Below are positions 36,521-48,830 of a DNA stretch of 64,000 bases, piece after piece. The translations under genes were made by a program, and so were the position numbers. The notes under the pieces were generated by a model. That model saw only the letters and a list, made by a program, of their open reading frames with translations, searched no databases and was not told where the DNA came from. Every line of letters starts with the position of its first letter. Within the stretch, counting starts at the first letter, position 1. The stretch is from NCBI RefSeq assembly GCF_006345805.1, contig NC_042998.1, forward strand, positions 118,854,001 through 118,918,000, given 5' to 3'. The DNA comes from Octopus sinensis (taxonomy: Eukaryota).

Positions 36521-39500
36521 CTGGCTTCACTCTTCTTGAACTCCTTGCTACTATTCTTGGCAGTAAAGTCAAAGTTGTAACTTTTCTGTGGTAACTTTCA
36601 TGTTACTTTAGCAGTAATTAATTATAGTTTAGTACTTCAATAAATGACATACAATGTTTACAAGATTAAACACTTTTTCCATAAATCTATTGTATGTGGG
36701 ATATTTTATAGATGAAAATGTAAACAGGATGGAGAAAAATGGATTTTATATTCTTAAAGAGAACCCTAAAATTAATTAATATCAACTAAAGTAGTGTTTA
36801 CTAAAAATATAATTAGTGTCATGCAATGTAATTAAAATAATTTGTGATGTTTGGAAAAGTATTTATCAAAGTGTTTAAAAAACATTTTAGTTATTCGTAA
36901 AGATTCAAAGATGCATTATAGCAAGTGACTGACTGTTTTCAGTTACTTTTTGATCGGCGAATTGGATGGATGCATTTCCTATGTAATTAATTTTCTCGTT
37001 ATAACAATCCTTGAGAATTCTTCATCATGATGGAACGTCATTTGTTTCATCAAAGAATAGTGGTGCTATTTTAAGGAAAATATTTCTAAGTTTGTTTTTA
37101 GGGTGATTCGATCGTTTACGTATGTAAAAAAAAACAACAGATTTTTAGTTTTCCATATAGAATAAGTTTATTATCGGACATGTCTAGATTTACATTTCGA
37201 AATGTTACTAACATATATACTATTCATATGTTACTTTGATTCCAAATTATTTAAAGTTGTAGTTGAAGTTGTAAGAGAATCATCTATCAGTTGATTGACG
37301 TTTCCTATTTTTCAATAAAAGCAATTTCGATATAACCTCCTTGTTTCAAGGAAAATTTATTCATCGGTTTTTGTAATACGTTAAGGCCCAGCATATCAAC
37401 TTCGAAGAGTTTATTGTTGTGCTTCTTTAAACTGTATCCGATAGTTAGGCCCTAGTTCGAAAGCCCGGATGATGAGGAATGTGATATCACCCCTTAGCTA
37501 CTTTTGATCCCGGGTCTACACCGGAAAGATATAAGCGATGCGAATAGAGTAGCCAATATACGCCTATGTACATATGTATACATATATATGTGTGTGTGTG
37601 GATGTGTGTGTATGCACATGTATATACACATATGTGTGTGTGTATATGACCATTTATGTATGTGCACGCATATTTGTACGTGTATATCTAGAGTCGCATA
37701 TGTATATGTGTGTGTCTATATAAACATATATACATATGTATGTATGCATGTATGTATGTATGTATGTATGTATGTATGTATGTATGTACGTATCCATTTA
37801 TGCATACCATCTACCTATGCGACACGACAAAAACACTATAGAGTGACAAAAACAATATACGGTAACATCTCGAAAAAAGATTGTCCTGATGGAACATTCT
37901 CATTAAAACATCTGTCAAGTATGAGTAAAACAGGTCGGATACTGTTGTCTGGGACAGACAAGAAAAATTATGTATCATAATAGAAACTAGCTGTCCTGCC
38001 GATGTGAATATCTCTTTGAAACTCAGGGAGAAAGAGAGCAACAATGAATACCTACATCGAAACCGCCAGCCTCTATTTTCAGATTATAAATTCACATTTA
38101 TAGCAATAATAACTGGTGCACTCGGTTTTGTAAGTAAATGCCCAACTGACAATGTGGATCAGCTAGGGTTTTCAGAAAAAGAAATAAACCAACTCGCACA
38201 TTGCAAAATCAATCTGTAAGTGGAAGAGTGAAAATATGCAAGATTCTTCTCAAGTTTAAAACATAACTTTGTTTTTGTTATCTACATTCCAACGATGAAG
38301 CTTTCTATATTTGTTAAAAACCAGCTCATTCCTCAGAGGAAAAATTTAAATAATTATTAACAGAAGAGAACATACATTATATCGAGGGACATTTAGATGG
38401 TTTTTGATGTTTTGAGAATACGATTTTGAACACATTGTTTTACACAAAATTCTTATTCATCTTGGAAGCGTATATTACAACTGGCTACAAATCATCTTCA
38501 GGAGGCTACAGAAGGCTTGTGCTGTTGGAAAACTTAAATTATTTTGACATTAAATATATACAGCAAAGTTTTAAATGTAAACGAAAAATCGATTTTTTTT
38601 TAAATGTAGTTTTTACCATAAAGATAATCAATTGCGCCTCCTCGGCTACGTTATACGTTTATGTATAATTGAAATTTAAATAAGTTTTAAAGAATCCCTA
38701 TAAAAACCTAGTCATGTGTCTATAAAACGTTACAAACAATCGCCACAAAACATAAATAATTGTATTCAGCATGGAAAAAATGTTTCGCTTTGTTACTCCA
38801 ATTGAATTACAGCATATAAATTATTTTCTATTTTCTAATAAATTCAAATTACTTTTATTTCATTTGAAGTTTGGGCAGGATAGTTTGTACCTTTCCTTTT
38901 CTTTCGTTTATAATATTATGGCTTTACAATGATAATATATTGTGACAGGTAAAACATAATTTGATGTTTAAAGTCACAAATTGAATTAATGAATGTATAT
39001 ATGTGTGTGTGTTTGCGTGTGTATATGTGTGTGTGAGTGTACTATCTATATATAGTTACTGTTAATAAGGAAAAACATATATGACTGAATGAGTTACTAT
39101 CATCGTTGTTTACACATTTCCTAATTCAGTTTAAAAGACATTTGTTTGTTTTTCTTTAAAATTATCTTATTTTTAGCGGGGATCATTGTGTGAATGAATG
39201 ATAGGATATATGTGTGTTGAGTATTATAGCTATTATAAGTTATTACTTTAATGTAATAAAAGTGTACATGAATCGGTGATGCAGCACTTTTGATGGGGAA
39301 TTTTAGCTCTAATCTACAGCGCTAAAGCAGCCTCTTGCATTTTGGGAGAGATTGGCAGGGTATGGTATAATTCATTTTACTAGCATGACACATTTATTAT
39401 ATTTAAGGTAAAAAGTACAACTGACTTCGGTGAGATCAGATTTGAGAACTTGAAGTTCGTGAAAATACACTGCAAGTTATTTTCTTTGTCACTGTAATGA

Positions 39501-39741
39501 TTCTGCAAATCCACCATCCTCACTTTACCAGATTGATCTCTAGAATATTATGTCGAATATATATATATATATATATTCATACACTCATTTATACATTATT
39601 TTCCTCCATACAAGAATTTCTGATTATTATTATTATTATTATTATTATAATTCATTGCAAGCGCACATACATGCACAGTGTATGAGTTGGTAGACAGAAA
39701 ATATGTGTGTGTGTGTATACATGTACGATTGTATGTATTTA

Positions 39742-39873
<132 letters not shown>

Positions 39874-40018
39874 AAAGCAATTAAGATTCAAGTGAGTTCT
39901 GTTGAATTCACATGAATGCGGTACTTAACTTAGATGCACCAGAAATCTATATGGTGTTAACCATAAGATAATGCGGGGTGATTATAAATAAGAAAAAAGC
40001 AACAAGAATGGATCAATA

Positions 40019-40107
40019 TTTCGGTACAATTGTCTCGTACGAAGACAGCTTCATTAAGGCTGCAAATATTGCAGTAAATATAAGTGACCCGTAATCATCA
40101 GCCGAAA
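40019..40107 (-). ncRNA. Hammerhead motif in left palindrome arm (GAAA mutated to GAGA)
   Basis: Mirror image of 40809-40897 with gagacaattgta. Confidence 0.6.
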
Positions 40108-40808
40108 AAACATCTGAGTTCTCCAAACATCTAAGGGGGTGATGTTACACTCCTGAAACATTGGGGATAGTTCTATAAAAATAAGATTTAGGTAGCAAAT
40201 GGACTTCTGAAAGTTCCTTTAGTGTTGCACAGTCATATAACGGGTTTTAAAAAGTATTTTAAAAAGCCTCTTAGTTTTCCAGAAAATGAAAATGAAGTTG
40301 AAAATGTAAATCCATCCATATTTAAGAAAGTTTGAATTCTGGAGATATGAGGAGAGGTATCATACTCACAGAATATGCATTTATCCATAATTAGTCCATA
40401 ATAAAGTGTGTTTCCTGATGTGTGATGATATATTGGTTACCTTTCTGATGATATATTGGTTACCTTTCTGAAAGGTAACCAATATATCATCACACATCAG
40501 GAAACACACTTTATTATGGACTAATTATGGATAAATGCATTTTCTGTGAGTATGATACCTATCCTCATATCTACAGAATTCAAACTTTCTTCAATATGGA
40601 TGGATTTACATTTTCAATTTCATTTTCATTTTCTGGAAAACTAAGAGGTTTTTTAAAATACTTTTTTAAAACCCGTTATATGACTGTGCAACACTAAAAG
40701 AACTTTCAGAAGTCCATTTGTTACCTAAATCTTATTTTTATAGAACTATCCCCAATGTTTCAGGAGTGTAACATCACTCCCTTAGATGTTTGGAGAACTC
40801 AGATGTTT

Positions 40809-40897
40809 TTTCGGCTGATGATTACGGGTCACTTATATTCACTGCAATATTTGCAGCCTTAATAAAGCTGTCTTCGTACGAAACAATTGTACCGAAA
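40809..40897 (+). ncRNA. Type-I hammerhead ribozyme motif in right palindrome arm
   Basis: UUUCGG-CUGAUGA-U-UACG...CGUA-C-GAAA-CAAUUG-UA-CCGAAA. Helix I is 6 bp and perfect; helix III is palindromic. Confidence 0.8.
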
Positions 40898-41838
40898 TAT
40901 TGATCCATTCTTGTTGCTTTTTTCTTATATATATATATATATATATATATATGATTAGTGAATGGAAGAAATGGAGTTGAACGAAGATTGTACAGAATTC
41001 CTTTTATTACATTCTACACATGTTTCAAAGGCCACAATTTTCCAAATTCTGATTAAATAAGGATACCATATTGCAGCTTTCTCTTCAGGAAAAACCAGGA
41101 ATTACGTTGTCAGAACAAAACAAAACAAAGGCGCAGCAAAGCAATTCGAACGAGGACGCTCCTTAAGAGCCCATGGGTAAAATGTTTATCAATGTTGGTG
41201 GGGGCCGACAAAAGGTTCGTTGGAATAAATCCAGGTCAGGTCGCGGTCAAATCTAGTAGGTGAGGAATTAATGAGAACAAGGGCTCTGGAGGTGTTCTGT
41301 GTGACCAAAGTTAAGAATTCAGGGTGTATTTTTTAGGTGCGAGACAATACCTACGTAAAAGCATGTGTGTGTATACTAGCCTATATGTGCGCCGCCGTAT
41401 GTTGGCGAGGGGCGCTAGATAATGAGCACTGCTGAAAAAAGCCTGTCAGGCGGCTGAAATAATTCTGTGTTCGTGTGTCCGTCTGTGGCCTGCTTGTCTA
41501 AAATTATCCTCGTCAAAGAATCAGGAGGGTATATAATTCCAGCGTTTGCTTCTAAAAAACCGACCAATCGCCTAAGGGGAGTAATTTCCCCTTGCAAGAG
41601 ATATTCAGAGATTTTTTAAAAAATTTTTTCCAAAAATTATTTTCATTTTAATAGGGTATCAAGGTGTTAATTGTCTTAGGTATCATTTATATGTAAGAAA
41701 CGTATGACGCCGCCAATGGGGACATCGAAAAGCAGTCTGTAAAAGCCCGTTTACCAAACGGCCTCTGGCAAACAATATGTGGAAAAGCTCAGAGTTACAA
41801 AGACTACATATCCTTCTGCCTCATATGTAACTGTATAT

Positions 41839-41869
<31 letters not shown>

Positions 41870-42793
41870 CACATATACATATACAAATTACATATGTATA
41901 TGTGTGCGTGTATGTTTGTGGGTGTGTCTCCCTTCGCTGATATATAGGTTCAAATGAAATGGAAGAAGCCATTGACATACAATACCAGCGTGGTTCAGAC
42001 TAGGGATAACTTGTTTTCAAAATCTTATAATCTGGTTTCCAAAAAGGAGCAAATATTGCACAAGTCCTTTTATTATTGTAGATATGTAAATGACATATTT
42101 ATTAATGAACTATAGATTAGATATCACTATACGCAATATAGTATTGAAAACATATTTCATGACAAATACTTAGTATTCATATAAACAGTAAACAGTACGG
42201 TGGAAAGCAGAATCAGTACAGAGTCGGAGAAATCTTTTGCAGTATTTGTCTGGCTCTTTATAGTATGAAATCAAGCCCAGGGAGCGTCAAATTTGATACA
42301 ATACATGAAGTAAAACAATGAGTTGATTTTACAGTCTTTCGGTCTGTACCTATTTACGATTCTTTTGTATGATCCACATTCAGAATATAAATTTAGGTTG
42401 TCAACAAAAAAATGTGCAAGTGATTTTAATTTCATTCTTTTCTGCATATCCAAACATGTAGCCTTGGCATTTTGCTAAGAGAGCTGAGAAGGCATTCATA
42501 TTGTCAGCATGTATGTATGTATGTATTTATGTGTGCATGTATGTATGTATTTATGTATGTATGAATCTATGTATGTATGTATCTATCTATCTAGCTAGCT
42601 AGCTATCCATCTATCTATCTATCATATATGCAAGCCAAGGATGTCCTATAATCGTTGATTACTTCAAAAACTTATAAGTTTGTGAGAAACTACTAAACCC
42701 ATGTAGCAACTTAGAAACCTATAGTAGCTTTTTATTGTTGTAATGCTCACATTATAACAACTGTCATTGAATTTACTACAGTTCTATATTTAA

Positions 42794-42952
42794 GAGGTGT
42801 GGAATTATGTACATTATTTACATTATTTACATTTGACGGGTATTTTAGCCCTAAAATTCACTCCACAATTGCCCACGGGCATATGGCGTAGTGGTTAAGA
42901 GCGTGAGCTACTAATCCTAAGATTCCTAGTTCGATTCCAGCCCGTGGCCTGA

Positions 42953-42989
<37 letters not shown>

Positions 42990-43143
42990 CATCGAAAAGT
43001 ACCTTAGGAATGAGAACCCAAGTTCGAAATTTTCCCAAGACACCTGATGAAGGCTGGAGAGTACATTAGCCGAAACGTTGTGTTAACAACAAACAAAATG
43101 AGGTTAAATATCCGTCAAATGTAAATAATGTAAACAATGTACT
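42794..43143 (+). mobile_element. tRNA-headed SINE carrying a hammerhead motif, preceded by an inverted copy of its own 3' tail
   Basis: A box 42884-42894, B box 42929-42938, (AAT)n, HHR 43039-43084. 42809-42845 is an inverted copy of 43106-43142. Confidence 0.8.
43039..43084 (+). ncRNA. Minimal type-I hammerhead motif (extra A after core)
   Basis: GACAC-CUGAUGA-A-GGCU(ggagaguacauu)AGCC-GAAA-CG-UU-GUGUU. Helix III palindrome is AACGUU. Confidence 0.75.
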
Positions 43144-43662
43144 GAATTATACTGTAGAACAACAAACCTCTACAAATAGAATATAACAATTGAGCTTACA
43201 TCTGTATAAAGATAATCAATTATGGCTCCATATATATTTATGTATTGTTAAAATTTAAACGATCTTTAAAGGTACCCCATGCAGACATATCCATGTTTTC
43301 ATATAAGCTAATGCCACGCAATGGGCACTATGAATAAATAATCTTCCTCCCCAAGGGAAAAAAATTTGTCCATTCTGTTATTCTGTAATTTGAATTTATG
43401 TATATAAGTTATTTTCATTTTTCTAAAAACGCTTCTTATTTTATTTGATGTTTGGATAAGATGCTTCGTACCATTTCTTTTCTTTTCTTTCACTTACAAT
43501 ATTATAACTTTGCAATGATAATATATTGTGACAAGTAAAACATAATTTACTGTTTAAAATCACAAATCGAATTAGTGAATTTTCATAAAGACATATAGTT
43601 ATAAATATTTGTGTGCGTGTGTGCAAGTGTGTATACGCATTCGTATAGTTGCATATGTATAT

Positions 43663-43716
<54 letters not shown>

Positions 43717-44300
43717 GGGGAGGGAGAGAGACAGAAACACAAACAGAGACACACACATGTATATGCATACATATATATATATACGTATATATGTATATAC
43801 ATACATAATATATACGTATACACACTTGCACACGCGCGCAGAAATATTTATATATACATATATCTTTATGAAAATTCACAGTAAATTAGCAATAAGGAAT
43901 ACGTAGCAGAGACAATGAGTTGGTATTACTATTTTTAGCACTTTCTCATTTCAGTTTATCATTTTTTTCTTTATAGTCATTCTTTCATTAATATGTTTAC
44001 ATTAAAAATGATCTGCTACTGTAATCATTTACTCCAAAACTACATACTGTTGGTCTCAGCTTGATGTCTGGATGAGGAATGAACAAAAAAAAACAAGACC
44101 TGATTAAAATGGATGATGACATCAGCCAGGAAAGAACAACCATCTATCAGAACTATAAATGAGGAGGGGTGATAATTGGGCTTTTGTATATAGTATCCCT
44201 TAATTTCTTCACAAACCCAGTACAGATTTGTTTCACTCACCCAGAGAGAGATTGGCGAAGGCAGTACCTGGTAAGTCTGAGGACCAACTAATTTGTGTAC

Positions 44301-44565
44301 TTTGAACTCAGAACGTAGCAGCAGACGAAATACCTATTTCTTTACTACCCACAAGGGGGTAAACACAGAGAGGACAAACAAGGACAGACAAACGGATTAA
44401 TTCGATTAAATCGCCCCCAGTGCGTAACTGGTACTTAATTTATCGATCCCGAAAGGATGAAAGGCAAAGTTAACTTCGGCGGAATTTGAACTCAGAACGT
44501 AACAGCAGACGAAATACGGCTACGCATTTCGCCCGGCGTGCTAACGTTTCTGCCAGTTCACCGCC
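44301..44565 (-). mobile_element. tRNA-derived SINE (family A) with duplicated head fragment
   Basis: Highly similar to 34921-35137. gaactcagaacgt.gcagacgaaatac occurs twice. Confidence 0.85.
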
Positions 44566-44569
44566 TTAT

Positions 44570-44705
44570 GTGTTCCTTTCTGTGGAAGAGCGTAGGCTCG
44601 AAACGTGAAAGAATTTTTCACTTCCCGAGCGTTAAACTAATACATCTGTTTGTTGTCTACACCACCTGTCTTTGTCTTCTGTTTCTTTTGTGTGAATTCT
44701 CCCAA
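44570..44705 (+). mobile_element. CUGUNGA-family short element, copy 2
   Basis: Motif CUUU-CUGUGGA-A-GAGC(GUAG)GCUC-GAAA-CG-UG-AAAG at 44576-44611. The 3' end leads into CA/TA repeats. Confidence 0.6.
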
Positions 44706-44727
44706 CACATACACACACACACATAAT

Positions 44728-44789
<62 letters not shown>

Positions 44790-45700
44790 ATATTTTAAAA
44801 ACATAAATTTTATTACAATGTTGAAGTGCGTTAAACATGAAAAAAAATATCTCGTAATGTTCATAAAGCTAAATTGGCGGTTTCATACGTTCGTAGTAAT
44901 CATCAGTTGAGTTCTTGACAACTGTTTTAAAATGACTAACTTCTTCCTTTTTGTACCTCTTAGAAGGCTCCAACAAGCTGAAATTTTAGAATATGGTTCT
45001 CATCAATCCGCATGCAGCTTAAACATTACAGTTTGCCCGGCGTACCGATATTAGTCATAGATCCCGCCTTTATTTTAACCAATGACCTTGCAGTTTGCAT
45101 GTAATAGTTCTATGAATGAGCAACCTTTGTTGATTTCAATCGTATTTATTTCAACCAGCAGGAGTCTTCTGCAATTTGTTTATATGTATATGTTAAAGAT
45201 ATTTTTTAATCCATATCATTAACGGATTGTTATAATATTGTTATTTCCGTTCAGCGTAGGCTTGAACATTTTAATAAACCGTTTTTCTTCTATCTTTCTT
45301 CCAGCTTCACTTGTGTTATATAGTTTGTGGAAATGAAAAATCAGAATCATTCTCTGTCCACATGTTTCTATATGTTCACTCAATAAAATTTGGCGAACAT
45401 TAATGTCCCGGATATGTTTTTTATGGACTCGTGAGGGTTCCGATAATGCATTCCCTGTCTCGCAAATATATAGTTCCTCACAATTCAGGCATTTAATGCA
45501 GTAGGTCAAATTTATGCTTTTGCAGTTCAAATGTGCATTTGCGAAAATCTGTCCATTTGTTTTGTTCTAATGGATCTACCGGTATGCATGTAATGTTTTC
45601 ATTGATTGATTAAATGGAGTCGCTCGAAACAGACGTAATGCATTGATGTCTGGACATCCTTATTATCTATTTACATCCTGTTCACCTAACTTGAAGCTGT
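44790..45700 (-). mobile_element. Penelope-like element 3' remnant: GIY-YIG endonuclease plus 3' UTR/pseudo-LTR
   Basis: NCKSINLTYCIKCLNCEELYICETGNALSEPSRVHKKHIRD...SEHIETC...IFHFHKL...RKIEEKRFIKMFKPTLN. Degenerate HHR-like motif at 44869-44911. 3' end abuts (TA)n. Confidence 0.8.
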
Positions 45701-46029
45701 GAGGACTATACTGAACTGGCTTGGTGCCTCAAATTAAGTACCCAATTCAACTGGATCTTAATTATATATATATATATTATATATATATATATATAATATA
45801 TATATATATAAGTAAATAAATGGCACAACGAAGTACCGATATTTACTGGAAAATAGCGAACGTAATAAATATGTACCAGTAAAGATGCGTGTGTGCAACA
45901 CACATGAAAACATTTTTTTACTTCTAGGAAGAACATCTGAAAAATGAAAAAAACTTGAAAAGGATAATGCAGTACCGGTTTCAAATTCTTCAAAGTATAT
46001 ATATATATAACCAGGAATGGGCCTGCAAT

Positions 46030-46600
46030 CTGATATGCAAGATGGAACGCAGATGAGGAAGTTAGATTCACGTCAGGTCTTTGATGTCCCCGTAGTCAGG
46101 CATCCTCGGCATAGAGGAAGCAAGGGATCACTACACCACTAAAATTGTGTTCTGAGCAATGTCATGCCAACTCCATAGACACTTTTTCAGAGAATCAAAA
46201 CCCTTTGTAGTCGACTATATTCGCCTCTCGATTTCGATATCAGAAACAGTAGTCCAAATCACTGGGCTGCCAAAATAGGTAATGGCCTTGATGTACTTTA
46301 GGCGTTGTCCGTATCAATGGCTCGGGGTCTCTCGATGTCTTAGGACATCTTAGTGAGGATGGTAGGGCAGAACAAGTATGTCTGCAGCACAAGAAAACCG
46401 GTCCACAACGTGTTGCATGTTTTCAATGTTTACTACCGACGAGCGTTGAGTCGTCTGCATAGAGCAGTACCCCAACTCACGTTTTTCTGCTTTTGGTTGC
46501 GGTAGGAAGACAGGTCTAGGTGAAGAGCTTCTTTTTTGTTTTAGTGTCGATGAAAACCCCCTTATGCTGATTGATCCTCATGGTGTCAAGCACAGCTGCG
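46030..46600 (-). mobile_element. Degraded RTE-BovB-like LINE RT fragment
   Basis: Frameshifted ...NIENMQHVVDRFSCAA...GQRLKYIKAITYFGS...DIEIERRI. Confidence 0.7.
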
Positions 46601-46769
46601 AGGTGGAGAATAATGCAGAGGCAAGCACGCACCCCGCTTCACATCATGGTTGACTGTAAAAGTACCACAAAAGTGTATAGATATATACTTACATACACAC
46701 ACACACACACACATATATATAAGTATAATAATAATAATAATAATTAATTAATTATTAATTGATCAATTA

Positions 46770-47800
46770 ATTAATTAATAATTTTACCAAGGAGTTCGGT
46801 ACGTTAAAATAACCGTTTGGGTAATATTATACAAATATTCTATAATCATAAGCATAATAATAATCAGGGGTCAGCTAATTGATTCACCACGCACCGAATT
46901 TAGAAATAGCAGTTAAAATATTTTTTCCGCTACCATAAATGTCTCCCAGACAGTAACATACTAGTTTACGTAGGCAAAGAGAAAAATAACAAATCTACAC
47001 GACTTAGATTATCTACATACGTGTTTTGGGATTAAAGTAAAGTTATATTTACTTGCTAGCAGTATCGCCCGGCGTTGCTCGGGTTTGTAAGGGAAATAAC
47101 TATATAAGCATTTTTAGAGAGTTATAGCAAAAAATAGCAAAAAAATGCATTAAAAATTGAATAAAAAATTATGGTAATTTTTTTTAAATCGTTGACTCAT
47201 CGTAGACATTTTTAGATAGTTACTTCCCTTATATAATAGCGAAAAAATGCATTAAAGTGGAAAAAATGATGGTAATTTTTTTTTAAATCGTAGACTCATG
47301 TAGACGCTTTCTTAGCCATTTCTGTTTTGGTGTCTTCAAGCCATGAAGTCGTTGTTCTAAAAGAACGCTGGTCTCCTTGACAACGCATTACGACGTTGAT
47401 TTCCTTACACTCCCTTCCCCACAGGTGCAGGTGTGAGCGTGGACGCCAACTCCGCCGCCATCGACACACGAAAAAATATGCATTAAAATGGAATAAAAAA
47501 TGATGTTAAATTATTTTTTAAATCGTAGACTCATCGTAGACGCGCGCTAATGCCCAGACGGGCTCGATATGAATCACGACTATAAGATACCCGAATTTGG
47601 TTAAACTGCACCGCAAAATGTGGGAGTAGTTAGGAATCTAAATCGAAGGGGACAGACACTCACACAATTACAGTTTTATATATATAGATTTCACCTCATC
47701 AGTGCAGCATTTCAAATATAAATTTGAGAGTGTTAGAATTAAATATGCACACGATCAAGCGTCATCGCATAACTGATATTTAACAGTATGGATAGGAAGC
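46770..47800 (-). mobile_element. Degenerate copy of the 21.5-kb HHR element, interrupted by a Helitron
   Basis: Shares caccacgc...aaatag..g..aaaata...accataaat.tc.cc and gcgtcatcgca with 21481-21875. HHR halves at 47011-47055 and 47689-47706. Confidence 0.5.
47056..47688 (-). mobile_element. Short non-autonomous Helitron with about 100-bp internal repeats
   Basis: Minus strand A|TCTATATATATAAAAC...CCCGAGCAACGCCGGGCGATACTGCTAG. Same terminal design as 23191-25518. Confidence 0.85.
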
Positions 47801-48084
47801 AAGCTTCTTACCACACAGTCACGCTGCGCCTATATGTTGTATATCAGACCCAAGCTGTTGTATCGAAATTGCTTATCTGCATAAGTGCCTCAATATCTAC
47901 TCAGCGTGATTCTTTTTATAACCAATGTTCACCTCAAGAAATTGCTCCCTCGTTTGAACTATATGTATATGTATGTTAACTATATATATATGCAACTGTT
48001 AACTATATATATATGCATATACATACACACACACTTATACCTTTTCTACCGATGCAATGTTGAGCGTACGATATTTAGGTGTGC

Positions 48085-48139
<55 letters not shown>

Positions 48140-48140
<1 letters not shown>

Positions 48141-48325
48141 GAAATGTGCAGAAAAACAAAAGACGAAGACAGGTGTATAAATAACAAGCAGGTGTATTAG
48201 TTTGACGCTTATGAAGGTGAGAGGGTCTTTTACGTTTCGAGCCTACGCTCTTCAACAGGAAAAAACTCGAGAAAATAAACAAAGAGAGAATTTTTAAAAA
48301 TCGGAGTTAGCGGTCAATCATGGAA
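48140..48325 (-). mobile_element. CUGUNGA-family short element, copy 3
   Basis: Motif CUGUUGA-A-GAGC(GUAG)GCUC-GAAA-CG-UA-AAAG at 48227-48262. 3' end abuts (TA)n at 48088-48137. Confidence 0.6.
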
Positions 48326-48379
48326 ACTGCTTGGACAAAGCTAGTTAGACAAGAGAGCTAGGAAGAAGAGGAGATAATA

Positions 48380-48830
48380 AAGTACGAAGGTACGCATGTG
48401 TGTGTATGTGAGAGTGTGTGTGTATGCGTGTGGATTTGTGCGTGTGTGCGTATGTCTGTAATATGTGGGGGTGTGACTGATGGTGTGGGTGCTGGGAAGT
48501 GATCAGTGCTAGTTTGTGTGGAGTAGTGTGATGTGGTGTGGTAGTGTTGTAATATTGGCCGTGTTGGGCTGTGGGGATGTGAGGTGGGGTGTGGGTCTGG
48601 GGTTAGGATGTGGGATGAAGATGTGGGGATGAGGATGTAGGGTGGGGTGAGGATGTGGTGGTAGGGCTGGGGTATGTGGGAATGGGATTGGTGGATGGGG
48701 TGGATAGAGGATGTATTAATGAAGGTAGAAGGTGGGTAGGAGTGAAGAGAAGTAGGTGTCAGGGCAAGAGAGGAGAGGAGGGGCTCAGATAAAGAGTGGA
48801 GGAGAGTTGAGCCGATATGGTGCAAAGGCG
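48380..48830 (+). repeat. GT/G-run-rich low-complexity tract
   Basis: Many GGG/GGGG runs, e.g. gtggggatgtgaggtggggtgtgggtctggggtt. Confidence 0.8.

Larger units (their letters stand above)
39988..40928. repeat. 941-bp near-perfect palindrome (about 460-bp arms, 1-nt centre, 23-bp tandem duplication at the centre)
   Basis: Centre cctttc-T(40469)-gaaagg. About 13 differences between arms, counted by eye. tgatgatatattggttacctttc is duplicated at 40423-40468. Right end runs into (TA)n. Confidence 0.97.

Noticed and set aside
48358-48825. 155-aa His/Pro/Thr-rich ORF
   Set aside because: Product of the G/T-skewed low-complexity tract.
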